Positions 1-13,397 of a stretch of DNA of 64,000 bases are shown here, in pieces. The first letter of the stretch is position 1; each line of letters opens with the position of its first letter. Under the pieces are notes generated by a model. It made no database searches. It was not told the DNA's origin and saw nothing but the letters and a program-made list of their open reading frames with translations. Location of the stretch: NCBI RefSeq assembly GCF_000143415.4, contig NW_003314286.1:1363718-1427717 (forward strand), written 5' to 3'. Source of the DNA: Selaginella moellendorffii. Its lineage: Eukaryota > Plantae > Lycopodiophyta. The translations under genes were made by a program, and so were the position numbers.

Positions 1-753
1 AGGCCCGTACAAGAGATACCCGCGCTTCCAAGCTCTGCCAACTCTCTCAAAGAAATCCTTACCAGCCATGAAGGAATCCAGGTCCTGGACGATCTTGTTC
101 TTGAGCTCGGGATCCAGCGCCAGGCTCGAGAACGTCGAGGCATGCTTGAAAGGCACCGATCTCCACGGCTTCTTCCTGTAACCCCAGTCGTCCGAGTTTG
201 CTATGTTGGTGTAGAGCTGCCGGTCTTGGTTCTGGCGCTTCAAGCTCTCTCCGAGCTTGATCACTTCCCTCATGTACTCGGGCAAGAGTGTATACTTGTG
301 CCTCCTGTGAACTTGGACAACGTACTCTCGCTGTGTTCCTCCACTTCGATCAAAATAGCTGAAACCTCCACGGTTGGAGGGCTCGGTGACGTTGAAGACC
401 CAGGAGAATGTGACGCCTTTGAACTTGTCCTCCACTCGCTCGCCCCTGGTGAGGTTGCAATTCGGCTTGCTGGCGTTCTTCACTCGCGTGTACTGGATCC
501 TGTTTGCCGAGCTCTTGGTGTTGGTGTCGGTGAGGTGAGCAACGTAGAGGTCGACCAGGTCGTAGATCTCGTTGGTGTTGTTGCGGACGTACTCTGGGAT
601 TGAGAGCTCTGTCTCCCACCATAGCCAAGTTACAAACCTCTTGAGCTTGAGCTCCAGAAGGAACCAGACGTGGGGCGGAACTATCTGGTTGAGGATCATG
701 ATGAAGCCCATGAGCGAACCGAGATGGGAGAAATACCCCCCTGCCATTGCCAT
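1..753 (-). CDS. BCS1-like plant AAA-ATPase, 5' part (runs off the window start)
   Basis: Manual minus-strand translation from the ATG at 753 gives MAMAGGYFSHLGSLMG...WRSVPFKHASTFSSLALDPELKNKIVQDLDSFMAGKDFFERVGRAWKRGYLLYGP, the typical lead-in to Walker A in plant BCS1-type ATPases. Absent from the ORF track because no stop lies in the window. Confidence 0.9.
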   Translation of the reverse strand, partial: MAMAGGYFSHLGSLMGFIMILNQIVPPHVWFLLELKLKRFVTWLWWETELSIPEYVRNNTNEIYDLVDLYVAHLTDTNTKSSANRIQYTRVKNASKPNCNLTRGERVEDKFKGVTFSWVFNVTEPSNRGGFSYFDRSGGTQREYVVQVHRRHKYTLLPEYMREVIKLGESLKRQNQDRQLYTNIANSDDWGYRKKPWRSVPFKHASTFSSLALDPELKNKIVQDLDSFMAGKDFFERVGRAWKRGYLLYGP

Positions 754-1331
754 CTTGCTCGTTTGCTGCTGCTGTTGCGAGAGTGGGAGAACACTGACCT
801 TGCTGCGTCACTCTTGTTGTCGTGTAGATGAAGCCAGCTCCCGCGTATTTTCTTGTAGAGAAATCTTCGTCAATCTATACTCACAATGCGGTCAAAGGAC
901 TGTGTCAGTCTGCAGTCAGCGATAACTTTAACTTCTACATGTCACCTGTTCCGTCCAAGATGCACACTAAATGAACAGCCCGAGTGATGGTCGTAGGGAA
1001 GTTCCAGTCTCTCGAGTCCCTCACCATTTTAATAAAATAGAAAAATTATTTATTTATTATGGGCTTTTATCATGAATGTAATAATTGTTTCAATTATAGT
1101 ATAAATAATACTATGATTATAATAAATATAGAATCTAAGTTTAACTAAACACAGGTCACATTGTTTGGAACCTCAGCTCAACCTAAGATCGTTCACCACA
1201 CGATGGGTTGAATTCCACACGAGTTTCTCGTTTCATGTATTTGTATAATTTATTGGTGGTAGATTTCAACCACACGAGTTTCTCGTGGCCAGCGTTCGAT
1301 TTTAGTCGGAAGGACTGACCCATTGGAGCCC

Positions 1332-4300
1332 ATGGAGAGGGCTGTGGTGTTAGGGTTTAGTGCCTCCAAGCTCTGGGGTCCTCGATCGCCTCTCCTACGC
1401 CATGGCGCTGTGGTACTCCGGAGCCGCCGCACTTGCCCGCGCATTGGACGATGGCAATCGGCTGCGATTCCAGGCAAGTTCACGATTATCCGCAATGCAT
1501 CGGTCACAAGCGTCAGAGAAGCGGCAAATCTGCAAGAGGCGTCGCCGGAGGCGGCATTCGTGCTGCTAGATGTTGAAGGAATGATGTGTGGCGGCTGTGT
1601 TGCGCGCGTCCGGGGCCAGCTGATGCAGGATTATCGAGTGGAGTCCGCGGCCGTGAATTTGCTCACGGAGACGGCAGCGGTGAAATTGCGGCCGGGTTGT
1701 GGGAAGCAGGTTGGATCAGAGCTGGCGGATCTTCTGACGGGTTCTGGATTTCCTGCGAGCCTGAGGTCCGGGAAGGGGCAAGATGACAATGCAGGCAGAA
1801 AAATCGAAGAACTCTCGAAGAAGAGGAAGGAAAGCTTGAGGAAGAGTACACAGAAGGTGGCATTTGCTTGGACATTGGTGGCTCTTTGCTGCGGAACTCA
1901 TGCCACTCATCTTCTCCACTTCTATCCATTTATCCACGATTTTATGCACAGTACGTTGTTTTTCCTTCTCTTTCTCACGTTGCAATGACTGAAGTTGTGT
2001 TTTTGTGGTAGGCCCTGTGATGGAAGTCGCTCATGATCCATTGTTTAAATGTGTTGTGGCATTGACAACCTTGCTGGGACCAGCCCGAGGTAATCTTTGC
2101 TCCTCATTTTTAGTATTTACATTGTTTTCGGATGCTGCTTATCAGATTTGGTCGTGGATGGTGGCAAAGCCTTTCTGAAAAGGGCCCCAAACATGAATAC
2201 CTTGGTAGGATTTGGTGCATGGGCTGCATTCTCAATAAGCGCGGTACAAGAAACAAAGTGTGCGGTTACTAGTACTAATTTATCGCGATACATTGCAGAT
2301 GTCTCTAACAATTCCCGAGCTGAACTGGGGAGCACCTTTCTTCGATGAACCGGTAAGCTTATAGATCAGTCCGTAAACGAAGTTAAATTCTGGTACTCAG
2401 GTAATGCTACTTGGGTTCGTTTTGCTGGGACGTTCTTTGGAGGAACGTGCACGCATTCAGGCATCCAGCGATATGCAGAGACTCCTGGTAAGAATTCTGG
2501 GTTTCGACCTCTTATTCAAGTCATAATATTTTTCGTTTGTGTAGTCTTTGATTCCCGCGAAATCAAGACTACAAGTTTCTGAACAGGCCAATGACGAGAA
2601 TTTGACAGTGGACGTTGCGACCGAACAAGTTCGTGCAGGAGATCGAGTGCTTGTATTACCAGGAGAAGTGATTCCTATTGATGTATGTTTCTGTGGTCGT
2701 TGTTTTTGCCACTGACTTATTCTCCTCGTTGAGCGCATGCAGGGAACAGTTGTGATCGGAAGGAGTTCCGTCGACGAATCCACAGTTACGGGCGAACCTA
2801 TGCTAATGACTAAAACAGTCGGAGACACCGTCTCGGCTGGAACAGTAAATTGGGTAAACCAAAAATTGCTACTGGTTTTTATGTTTTTCAAACAGTTTTC
2901 TAGGATGGACCAATACAAGTAACTGCTACATGCACTGGGGCTTCGTCCTCCATTTCTAGCATAATAAAAATGGTGGAAGAAGCACAAGGTCGAGAAGCTC
3001 CTGTTCAAAGACTTGCCGATACTATTGCCGGACCTTTTGCGTTTGCGATTATGGCTTTGTCTGCATCAACCTTTTCCTTCTGGTATGATATCATAAACGC
3101 CATTCTTTGATCCAATTTTGTTATATGCTTATAGGTATTTTCTGGGAACGCATATTTTCCCGGATGTATTACTGAACGATGCGGCCGGTCCCGAGGGAAA
3201 TTCCTTGCTTTTAAGTCTGAAACTTGCAATAGATGTTTTGGTAAGCATTTGCGTTATACGAGGAAGTAACCAAGGATTGATAAATATGCAGGTTGTAGCA
3301 TGTCCTTGTGCTCTTGGTTTGGCTACTCCAACAGCTGTGCTTGTGGGAACATCTCTAGGTACTTAAGCCGTAGCTTCTTTACTTCGTGACCTTATCACAC
3401 AATACAGGAGCAAAGCAAGGACTCTTGCTGCGTGGTGGAGACGTTCTGGAACGTCTGGCATCTGTAAATGCCGTCGTTTTTGATAAGGTGCACTTTCGTT
3501 GGAAGAAATATATCACTGTTTTTTTTTTCAGCGCAGACGGGAACTCTTACGCAAGGCCATCCCAATGTATCAACAGTGATGTCTGGAAGCAATGATTTTG
3601 ACAAAGATCGAATACTTCAACTGGCTGCTACTGTGGAAGAACACTCAGTTCATCCGATTGCATCAGCTATAGTTGAGCAAGCAAACACACAAAAGCTGGA
3701 GATGCTAGTGTCGGAAGGACAGCTGACGGAGCCCGGCTATGGAGCACTAGCAAGAATCGATGGAAAGGTCGTGGCCGTTGGTCAGCCTCGCTGGGTGCAA
3801 GAATGCTGCCTTAAGCTCGACAGCATGGAAAGCACCGACGAGGGTGAGAGTAAGCTGGGAAATCTCCTGGCCGACAGACAGAGCATGGAGCAGTCTTCGA
3901 CCACGGTTTACGTTGGGGTCGAAGGAGTTGGAATCGTTGGAGCGATAGCTCTCAGCGATACTCTCCGTGCCGATTCGAAAGTCACAGTTTCCAGGTACTT
4001 CGATAATGTTTTACGTGATCTCTTTAATCTGACTTGAAGCGTCTGACAGGTTACGAGACATGAAAATTCGAACTTTGATTCTCTCCGGCGACAGGAAAGA
4101 GGCAGTGGCAAGTATAGGAAGGACTCTTGGCATAGAAGGCGATTCTTTGTTTGCGCAGCTCCGACCTTCAGATAAGTCCAAGTTCATTGCGAAGCTACGA
4201 GATGGAGGCTCCATAGTCGCGATGGTACGTTACAAGAGAATTATTTCGTTTTCTTTTTCGCTAACGCAAAACAAACACAGATCGGAGATGGCATTAATGA

Positions 4301-4755
4301 TGCGCCTGCTCTAGCCAGCGCGGACGTTGGCATCGCCTTGAAACTCCAGAACAAGATCGACGCCGCCTCGGATGCAGCCTCCGTCATATTGCTCGGCAAT
4401 CGCTTGTCGCAAGTACGTATTCTTCAGTGTGAAGACTCCACTCCTGACTTGGTGATGATCTATCAAGGTCCTGGACGCTTTAAGCTTGAGCAAGGCGACC
4501 ATGAGCAAAGTGTACCAAAATCTAGGATGTGCTCTTGCGTATAATCTTATCGCAGTGCCTGTCGCCGCTGGAGTCTTGCTTCCCGGATATGACTTTGCAC
4601 TATCGCCGTCAGCAGCAGGTTTGTTGGCATTGAAATTTCCTTTGTGGCTGAGACGAACGATGCTGTTCTTCGCAGGTGGTATGATGGCACTGAGCTCGAT
4701 CTTTGTGGTCTCGAACTCTTTGCTACTGCGGCTTCATCGCCCTCCTAAACACTGA
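1332..4755 (+). CDS. HMA8: Chloroplast Cu-transporting P1B-ATPase (PAA2/HMA8-like), multi-exon
   Basis: Transit-peptide-like N-terminus, LLDVEGMMCGGCVARV metal-binding domain, TGEP, ACPCALGLATP, DK|TGT split by an intron, HP, GDGINDAPAL, YN and MALSS motifs across GT-AG exons. Confidence 0.9.
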
Positions 4756-4808
4756 CTGTAGTAGTACCCGAGCGGATCACCACTGTACGTATGTGTGTCT
4801 ATAACTTC

Positions 4809-5802
4809 CTATATCTTGTGGATCTCTCCATTCCACTCGGGCGGATCCAACTTCACAGGGGCAGTGTTAGTGTCGTGAAGAAGTTCTTCAAATCTATTGC
4901 CACCACCACCAGCAGTGCTTCTAAAAACTGCCTGGAGGAACGCGACTATGGCGCCGGCGGTGAAGATCCTCATGGGCTTCCGGGCCTTTCCATTCTTCCC
5001 GACGAGAGAGGTCAGCCCACCTTTCAATCCCGAGGTGGCGTCGTCGAGGAAATCGAAATGCCCGTGCTCCGGAGCCGAGAGGAGGAACGCTGGCGCGCAG
5101 CAGTCTCGAAAGAATGCCAGGGGGCCGACTCCTCGCGGCGCGCAAGCCGGGAAGAGGAAATTCTTCTTCTCGCCACCATAGCCCGCGGCGATGATCAATA
5201 CGGGGCAATTCGGCTGGAGCGAATCCTTGCGGTATCTCAGCACTGGCGGATTCGTCTGGCTCGCGCTGGATGTCCCATCGACCGGATCGAGCGCGATGAG
5301 AGCGGAGACGCGGCTCGGCAGTGAGCGCTTGGAGAATCCCAAGGCGAGAGAGAAGGCGACTTTACCCCCGCGGCTGTGGCCAGCGATGGCGAGCTTCGTT
5401 GCGTCGGCTCTCACTCCATCCGCCGGTAGAAATCTGTGAAGATTTCCCGGAACCCAGCTGATAATTGCCGCCGCGTCTTCGATCTCTGGACTGGCATCGG
5501 GCCCGGCAAAGCGATACATCTGATGAGAGAAGACTTTCGCGATAAGATTTCCAGAGCGATCGATCGTGTACCTGTGGCGCGACGACGATGAATCCGTGGG
5601 ACGCAATGTGACGCATTAGCTGGCGGTAGAAGAGATTGCTGAGGCAGAAGCCATGGAAGAGGATCAGGACTGGAAAGCCGTCGGCTGGCGCCGGATTGGA
5701 AGGCGCTGCTACCAGCAATGGCTTCGGCGGCGGGCATTCTTCTCCTTTCTCCCCGATCGTCACGCTAAGAACCCTAGACGCGCCATCTTCGAACACATCC
5801 AT
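4809..5802 (-). CDS. CLH: Chlorophyllase (2 exons)
   Basis: PPKPLL, HGF..SNLFY..L..HIASHGFIVVAPQ, GHSRGGK nucleophile motif, LDPVDG, PACAP, GHFDFLDD. Intron at ~5520-5571. Confidence 0.9.
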
Positions 5803-5854
5803 TGTCTCTCTCTCCCTCTCTCCCACTCTCCTCTTTCTCCTATATGGCGCTTTT

Positions 5855-5900
5855 GCCACGTGTTTCTATGACACGTAGATATCCAGTCACGCACACGTGT
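5855..5900. promoter_or_regulatory. Cluster of G-box/ABRE-like ACGT elements in the ~240 bp divergent CLH/RLCK intergenic region
   Basis: CACGTG at 5857-5862 and 5894-5899, and ACACGTAG at ~5871. Confidence 0.4.
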
Positions 5901-6041
5901 AGGTATGACAGGTGGCAGTCCGAGAAGAAAGCGCGTGAAATAGGTAAGGGCATTGGCGGGCGATTCTAGGGCAGGAACAGTAGAATTGAAGTGGTCTCTA
6001 GCTGGAATGCGGGCGAGGTAGGCGCTGTGGATCGGCCAAAG

Positions 6042-8343
6042 ATGGGATGCTTCCAGGTCCACCAGAGCGATGGCGAGAGGCGCAAGCGGAAGCGCCGGCG
6101 GATCCTCTGGTGGTCGTTTAGCTTCGTGTTTTCGAGGAATTCTGGCAGGTCGTCTTCGTCTGGCGGCTCCAGCGACTCCTCCGGGGAGCTCAACTGCCAA
6201 AGGCTCCAGGAACTAAGGCAGTTCACGCTGGCGGAGCTCAAGAGCGCAACCAGGAATTTCTCCGCTGCCGAGAAGCTGGGAGAAGGCGGGTTTGGATGTG
6301 TGTTTAGGGGCCATATCAAGTCCAAGAAGACGGACGAGAGGATCGACGTTGCTGTGAAGCAGCTCAACGTAAAGGGTCAACAGGTATGTCGTAGTTCCCT
6401 CTTTGTTTCGTTTGTGTTTCAGAAGATCTCTTCTAAGTTTGCGAGAGGTTTTGTTTTGCAGGGCCAGAAGGAATGGCTCAACGAAGTCACGTACTTGAGA
6501 ATGGTTGATCATCCAAACTTGGTGAAGCTCCTTGGATATTGTCTCGAGCACGATGATAGAGGACCGCAGTGTCTTCTCGTGTACGAGCTCATGCCGAACA
6601 AGAGCCTGGATGATCATATATTCCAGAGCCGAAGACCCGTGATTCCATGGGGCCAGAGGCTACAAATTGCTCTAGGGACAGCGAGAGGCTTGGCCTACTT
6701 GCACGAAGAGATGAAACCGCCTGTAAGCTATGCTCTGAGTTTCATTGCATCCCCTCTCATTCGTGGCCGTTTCAGATTATTTACAGGGATCTAAAGTCCG
6801 CCAACATTCTTTTGGACAACGAGTTTAGACCGAAGCTTTCGGATTTCGGATTAGCTCGAGATGGGCCTGTCATGGGAAATACGCACGTTACGACCGCGGT
6901 ATGCTGAAACGGTTCAAAGTTTTTCCAATTAAAGCCTGTTTTTCGCAGGTGGTGGGGACTGCGGGCTATGCTGCTCCGGAGTATGTTCAGACCGGGCATA
7001 TCAATGCCAAGAGTGATGTTTGGACTTTTGGGATGGTCCTTCTTGAGCTCTTGACAGGGCGAAGAGCCCTCGACATGAACAGACCCCGCAGCGAGAGAAG
7101 CCTGGCCGACTGGGTGAAACCATACTCCAGCGACAGCAAAAAGTTTCGAAAGATAATTGATCCTCGTCTCAAGACCAACTTTTCCTCGAACGAAGCGAGG
7201 ACTTTGCTGTGGGTCGCTCAGAAGTGCATCGCGAAAAATCCCAAGTTAAGGCCGAAAATGAGTGAGGTCGTCAAACAACTTGAGGGAATATTGGTAGTAA
7301 CAGCGCCAGTCGAGAAGCCGGCTGAGGTTCCCGAAGGAGCGAAAAGCAGAAACCAGTCTATCGCATCAATGGCAGACATCATTGAGACGGATGCAAGTCG
7401 AACGGACCTTTCAGGGGAGTATAATTTGGCCGAGGTGGCAAGAATCTCTTCGGTTGGCACTAGCAAATCTATGGAAAGTGGTACCGGATCAGGAGCACTT
7501 GATGGCTCGTCTAAAGAGGTTAGTGGAGTTCAAGAAGGCACAGAAATTTGTTCCAATGAGAAAACGCAGAACGAAAATGCGGTAGCTTTGGGTCGGGCTG
7601 ATGGTGATTCGGCTACAGGATTTGATACTACTAACGCTGAAGTTCGCGGTCCGCCTAATCAAGCCGCAGTGGATCATGTTGCTGTCGTGGACGAGAGTGA
7701 CACGAAAGAAAATCAGGAACCGGACAAAGAACGACGTGATCCAGAAACGGACATCTCAAGCGTTGAAGCTGCAAGCTCTGGAAAAGATGTAGCAGTGGAT
7801 GACGTTAAAGTGGACGGCAGTGAGAAACACGAGGCTTTCAGATGCTACATCCCGGTCGAAACGACCTTAGGCGAAGACGCTGATGTCGCCGTGGCGCCAA
7901 GATTGAAACTTGATAGCACCGAGGCTACCAGCGACGAGGATGTAACAGAATCCAACCAAGAAGATCGTCCGGTGGAGGAAACCGAACACCATGTTCCAGA
8001 ACACAATACTACAGATGCTAGAAAAAGTTGCCAGGAAGCACCTGAAGATAACCATGCTCCAGAACACAATACTGCAGAAGCCGAGGATAGTAAAAGCCGC
8101 CATGAGGAAGCAACAGAAGATAACCATGCTCCAGAACACAATACTACAGAAGCTGAGGATAGTAAAAGCCGCTATGAGGAAGCAACTGAAGATCAGCATG
8201 CCACGGTGGATAAAAGTGACGACGATCTAAGTTCAACTCGGTTAGCCGAAAACAATGCTCCAGGAGACGTAGAGACTGCAAAATCTCCGAGAGACGAGGC
8301 TTTAGGCGAGGTGCCCTCGCTACAGGTACGGCGTATATATTGA
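6042..8343 (+). CDS. Receptor-like cytoplasmic kinase (RLCK-VII/PBL-like) with a long acidic C-terminal tail
   Basis: MGCF N-terminal acylation motif, [53 protein letters not shown]. Three short introns. Confidence 0.9.
7984..8200 (+). repeat. Coding tandem repeat, ~72 bp unit ([24 protein letters not shown]), about 3 copies
   Basis: gaagataaccatgctccagaacacaatact recurs at 8044 and 8116, with a shorter variant at ~7984. Confidence 0.85.
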
Positions 8344-8358
8344 GCTGTCGAAAGCTTT

Positions 8359-9866
8359 TTACAAGCTGTCATTGGCAGGAGTCCCAACAGCGACAGAGCT
8401 GAGTTCTTCCAGCATCGCCAGTAAATTTCTATCAGCGTCCTCGACGGCCTTGGCAGTGGCAGCCTTCAGCTGCTCCACTTTCGTCCTTATCTCCTCTGCT
8501 CGACGTGACTTCCCGTCCATGACGAGCTTAATCACTCGCGCAATCTCCTCCCGGGGTACCGAGTCAGTGTTCTTCACCGGAAGCTCGGCACCAATCTTCC
8601 ACTCGTCAACCATGAGCCTGCAGTTGGTGTTCTGCTCCCCGGCCCAAGGCCACCCCAGCATCGGGACTCCGCTCGAGATGCTCTCCAGCATCGAGTTCCA
8701 GCCGCAGTGAGTCAGGAATCCGCCGGTGGAAGGGTGCTTGAGAACTTGAAGCTGCGGTGCCCAGGATATCACTCGTCCGCGATCGCCAACACTCCGGCAA
8801 AAGGCGGTGAAAGACTCGTCGTCCAGGCCGCCTATGACGAGCTGGGGCCTCACCACCCAGAGGAAAGGAACGTCGCGGCAACTGTCGAGAGCTCCCGCGA
8901 GCTCCCAGAACTGCGCCTGGGTGAGAACCGCGATGCTGCCAAAGGAGATGTAGAGGACCGAGCTCTTGGGCTTGGTGCTCAGCCAGGCGAGGCAGTCGGC
9001 GTCCTCGGCCCGGAGCGCGGTGTCGGTGTTACTCTCACTGGTTCTGGTTTTAGCGTCTCCGGAGGAAGAGAGAGGACCGACTGGCAAAAACTTCTCACCG
9101 AGTTGTGCTCTCATGAAATCAAAGGGTTGGCTTTCCAGCGGGTAGAACGAGTTTACGAGCACCCAGGCCGCTCTACGTATGCTCGGGCTCCTCGTTTGCG
9201 CGCGTTCGATCCAGAGCTCGTCTGTGTACTTCTGAAGATACGCTGGAAGGTCGCTCTTGAGAATCGGAGGGAGGCCGCCAATGTAATCGATCAAGCAGTC
9301 CGGCTGATCTAGAGCGCGGAAAAAGAAAAGAGAGAGCTTTCTCAAGAGAGCAAGCAAGCTTGCATACCTTGTGCGAAAACGTGCTTTCTCGCTGAGAGCT
9401 CCGGGATATGGAACTCGATGCTGGCCCAGGAAGCGTTGCCCGACAAAAACGCGACGCGGGGGACGCCGAGCTCGTCCGCGACGTGCTGCGTCGCCGGGAG
9501 GAAGTAGTCGGAGAGAATGCAGCGCACGGGGGTGGCTTGGATGGCCGCCAGCGACTTGAGAAGGCGGGGGAGGAGCTTCTCGAGGGTGTCCGCGAAGAGG
9601 CCGTTGTTGGCCGCGCAGTAGGCGTCGTAGCCGCTGGGGATGTTCCAGGGGAAGGGGACGGAGGCGAGGCGGATGTGGAGGCCGTGGTCGGGGGCGGACC
9701 AGCGCAGCGCCATCTGCTCGTGGATGCTGTCGACGTTGACGAAGGTGATGGCAACTTGGCGGGGGCGGCAGGCGGCGATCCTCTTGCAGAGGTGCATCAG
9801 CGCGGAGATGTGGCTCTGCGCAGGGAATGGCACCGCCAGGATGTGGAGGAGCTGCTCGCTTTCCAT
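8359..9866 (-). CDS. Family 1 UDP-glycosyltransferase (2 exons, intron 9309-9367)
   Basis: N-terminal HILAVPFPAQSHI and PSPG box WAPQLQVLKHPSTGGFLTHCGWNSMLESISSGVPMLGWPWAGEQ. Confidence 0.92.
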
Positions 9867-10286
9867 TGAGATCGCCGCGGCGAGAGAGAGAGAGAGAGAG
9901 AGAGCCTTCTAGAACACGAGAGAGCAAACGAACGTTTTGGACTCCCTCCACGCAAAGTATTTTTCTTCTTTTGATGAATGGGTGATAGGATCGCTAGCAT
10001 CGCACGGAAAGGAACGAATGACGCGAGAGTTTGTCGTCTTTGTCTCGAAATCGAGGACATATAGATCTCGTACCGACACGGATTTGCGGTGAACAGAAAG
10101 AGATCAAATCACCCTTAAACCTCAGGAACCCTAAACCCGCGACTGCCAAGTGGCGGAATCCAGGCGCTCGTATTATTAGGGCTTTGGCTTTTTCGTTCTT
10201 TTCTCCTACGTGAGTGAGGGGTCGATTTGGAGCGGAATCTTGCGATCGATCGCGCGCGCTAGGGTTTTCTGGGCACGGATTTCGCG

Positions 10287-12700
10287 ATGAATGGGCCAGC
10301 TGCTGATGGATTGAGCGAGCGGGAGAGGCGGACCATCCCGGCGCCGACGAATCCCATGGTTACTCCTCTCTTGACTGATATGTATCAGCTTACAATGGCC
10401 TATGCCTATTGGAAAGCGGGCAAGCACCTCGATGTGGCAGTGTAAGTGTTCCTCTCCAAATTTTCCTCTTCCCTTTGGAGTAACATGACATAATAGGCCA
10501 GGTTTGATTTGTTCCACCGCAAGACTCCCTTTGGCGGTGAATTCACCGTGTTTGCGGGCCTCGACGAGTGCATTCGATTCGTCTCGTCGTTTAAGTTCCA
10601 GGACTACCACATTGATTATCTTCGCAGCGTCATGCCTTCGAACGCTGAGGTATGCCTTATTCTTTATGGAAACAAATAGCACAAACCAGAAATTCAGGAG
10701 GAGTTTTTCGAGTGTTTGAAGAAGCTGGACTGCTCCGACGTAGTAATTCACGCGATACCCGAAGGCTCGGTCGTGTTTCCTCGAGTCCCGCTTATGAGAA
10801 TCGAAGGTCCGCTGTGGGTAAGTCAATGTTGCCAGCTTTTTCTCTTTCTTCTCTGAGAAATAAGAGAGATTTTTCCATGACCAGGTGGCCCAAATGCTAG
10901 AGACAACGTTTCTCACTCTCGTGAACTATGCTTCGTTAGTGGCGACCAATGCTGCAAGGCATAGATTAGTGTCTGGAAGCTCAAAGATGCTCCTTGAATT
11001 TGGTCTGCGGCGTGCTCAAGTAAGGAAAGCCGTCAGTTTCATATGAACAAGTGGCTTAAAAACTTGCAGGGGCCGGACGGAGGCATAAGCGCTTCGAAGT
11101 ACTGTTATCTGGGTGGTTTTGATGCGACAAGGTTCACTTTTTTCGTTTTTTTTTTTTTTTTTTTTTTTGTAACTCTTACAAATTCACGGTTTCTTGCAGC
11201 AATCTCGAGGCTGGGCGACTTTTTAACATACCAGTTCGTGGAACTCATTCGCATGCTTTCGTGAGCTCTTATATGGTCAGTGAGTTTTACTGTTGTATAG
11301 AAACCCCTTCGCTGATTTGTTTTGTGCAGAGTTTGGACGAGATTGTAGGCAGGAGCCTCGTCTTTGCAGATAAAAAGAAAGTATGCGAGGATTTTGTTGG
11401 CATGGTACAACACTCGCTCAGCAAACTACAGGTACATGTATTGGCTTTTGTGGTTGATGTTGATGTAGTTGTCTGTAGGGGATTGAAGCTCTAAGAGCAG
11501 TTTTTTCGGAAACGAATCAGAGCGAGCTTGCAGCATTCTCATCATATGCACTGGCATTTCCCACGGAGTTTTTGGCCCTCGTAGATACGTATGATGTAAG
11601 TGGAGCCTACCTTTGTTCTCGTTATCTTTACATCGCAAGTGTAGGTGATGAGAAGTGGTATTCCAAACTTCTGTGCGGTGGCAGTGGCTCTTCATAATCT
11701 TGGGTACTGTCTCTTGTTATCGTGTCTGTTCTTTTTCTTGATTCTCTTTTCTTTTCTTTCTCTTTTTGTAATTTTTAAAGCTATAAGCCGCGTGGTATCC
11801 GCTTAGATTCTGGTGACTTGTCGTACTTCTCTATCCAGGCAAGAAAGTTTTTTTGCACTGTTGAGAACGAACTTGGGGTGCCAAGCTTCGGAAAGATGAC
11901 AATTATTGCAAGCAATGACATAAACGAAGACACTTTGGACGCTTTAAATAAGCAGGTTTGCCACTTCCCTCGTCATTTTGTCTCTTTTGAACTGAAACTG
12001 GACGCAGGGACATGAAATCGATGCGTTTGGCATTGGAACTCATTTAGTAACATGTTACATGCAACCAGCGTTGGGGTGTGTCTACAAGCTTGTTGAAGTG
12101 AATTCCCATCCTCGCATCAAGATATCTGAAGACGTAAGCAAGGTAACAATACCATGCAAGAAGCAGTGCTACAGGATTTATGGCAAAGAAGGCTACGCGC
12201 TGGTGGACTTGATGACCGGCGAAAGCGAAGCGCCTCCCAAGGTATTATAGCTCTGTTTTTCTTACTGTTTGGTTTCTCACAGAGCTCTGTAGATGGGTGA
12301 GCGTATACTCTGCCGGCATCCCTTCAATGAGTCGAAAAGGGCTTATGTAAATCCACAACGAGTAGAATCGTTGTATAATTGCTATTGGGCCGGAAATTCA
12401 GGTAAGTCGTTCGTAGTAGACTTGATATGTTTAGTCCGTGTTTCCTTTCCAGGACTAACACAGGAGCCATTACCATCGTTGGAAGAGTCAAGGCAGCGTT
12501 GCCAAAAGCAGCTGGCTGCAATGCGTCCTGACCACATGCGTGGTCTCAATCCCACGCCTTATAAGGTACTTATTTGCCTTCTATACTTGTAGCACTGCTA
12601 AACGCTATGATTTATTGTTTAGGTGAGTGTGAGTGGAAAGCTGTATGATTTTATTCATTTTCTTTGGTTGAATGAGGCCCCTGTGGGGGAGTTACTGTAG
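10287..12700 (+). CDS. NAPRT: Nicotinate phosphoribosyltransferase, multi-exon
   Basis: [63 protein letters not shown]-terminus [12 protein letters not shown]. Confidence 0.92.
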
Positions 12701-13362
12701 AGGAAAATATCATTATTCAGTCTAATTTGAAATAATTTGTAGTCCAATTACAATGTAGTGTAAGATTATGTATATTACATGAGCACCGGAGGCTTGATTG
12801 AGGACAACAATAGAGACAATTTCATATTTCACTTTTAACATCTTGGTTTGCTTAGAGAATATAGTTAGATTATCTAAGTATACTCTAGCATATTCTTTAA
12901 TCTAACCGTTGTGATCTTTTTGCTATTAACCATTTTGTGTAAATTACATTATAATCTAGCAAGTCAAGCATTAAACATGGAATAAAATGCAAAAAAAATG
13001 TCACTATAATTACATTTTTCTCTAGCAATGATATAGGAAGATATATTAAAACTTTCAAAAAATCACATTTGGTTCATATAAAAACATTTTAACTTTTATT
13101 TTTGTATTTTAATACTTTCCCTTACTTCATTCCAAACTTATAACTAGTTAGTGTGTTTGAGATTATATTTTATATAGGCTTAAAATGTGTATAAAGATTT
13201 TATTTTGCAAGTGAGAATCTAAAATAATGAAAAAAAGCCTATTTCTGGAATTTTAAATCTAAATTTAAAAACTTGCTCATGATGCAATTATAGATGGTAG
13301 TATGTGGCAACAGACTGAGCAATAAAAGATAAACTCGAATCTATATCAACCAATATAGAAAG

Positions 13363-13397
<35 letters not shown>

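Noticed and set aside
142-925. Track ORFs 142-603, 350-811 and 572-925
   Set aside because: They are shadows of the real minus-strand AAA-ATPase frame (1-753).
8359-9951. 530 aa ORF with an Arg/Pro-rich N-terminus
   Set aside because: It reads through the UGT intron in the wrong frame; the real exon 1 is in the 9342-9866 frame.
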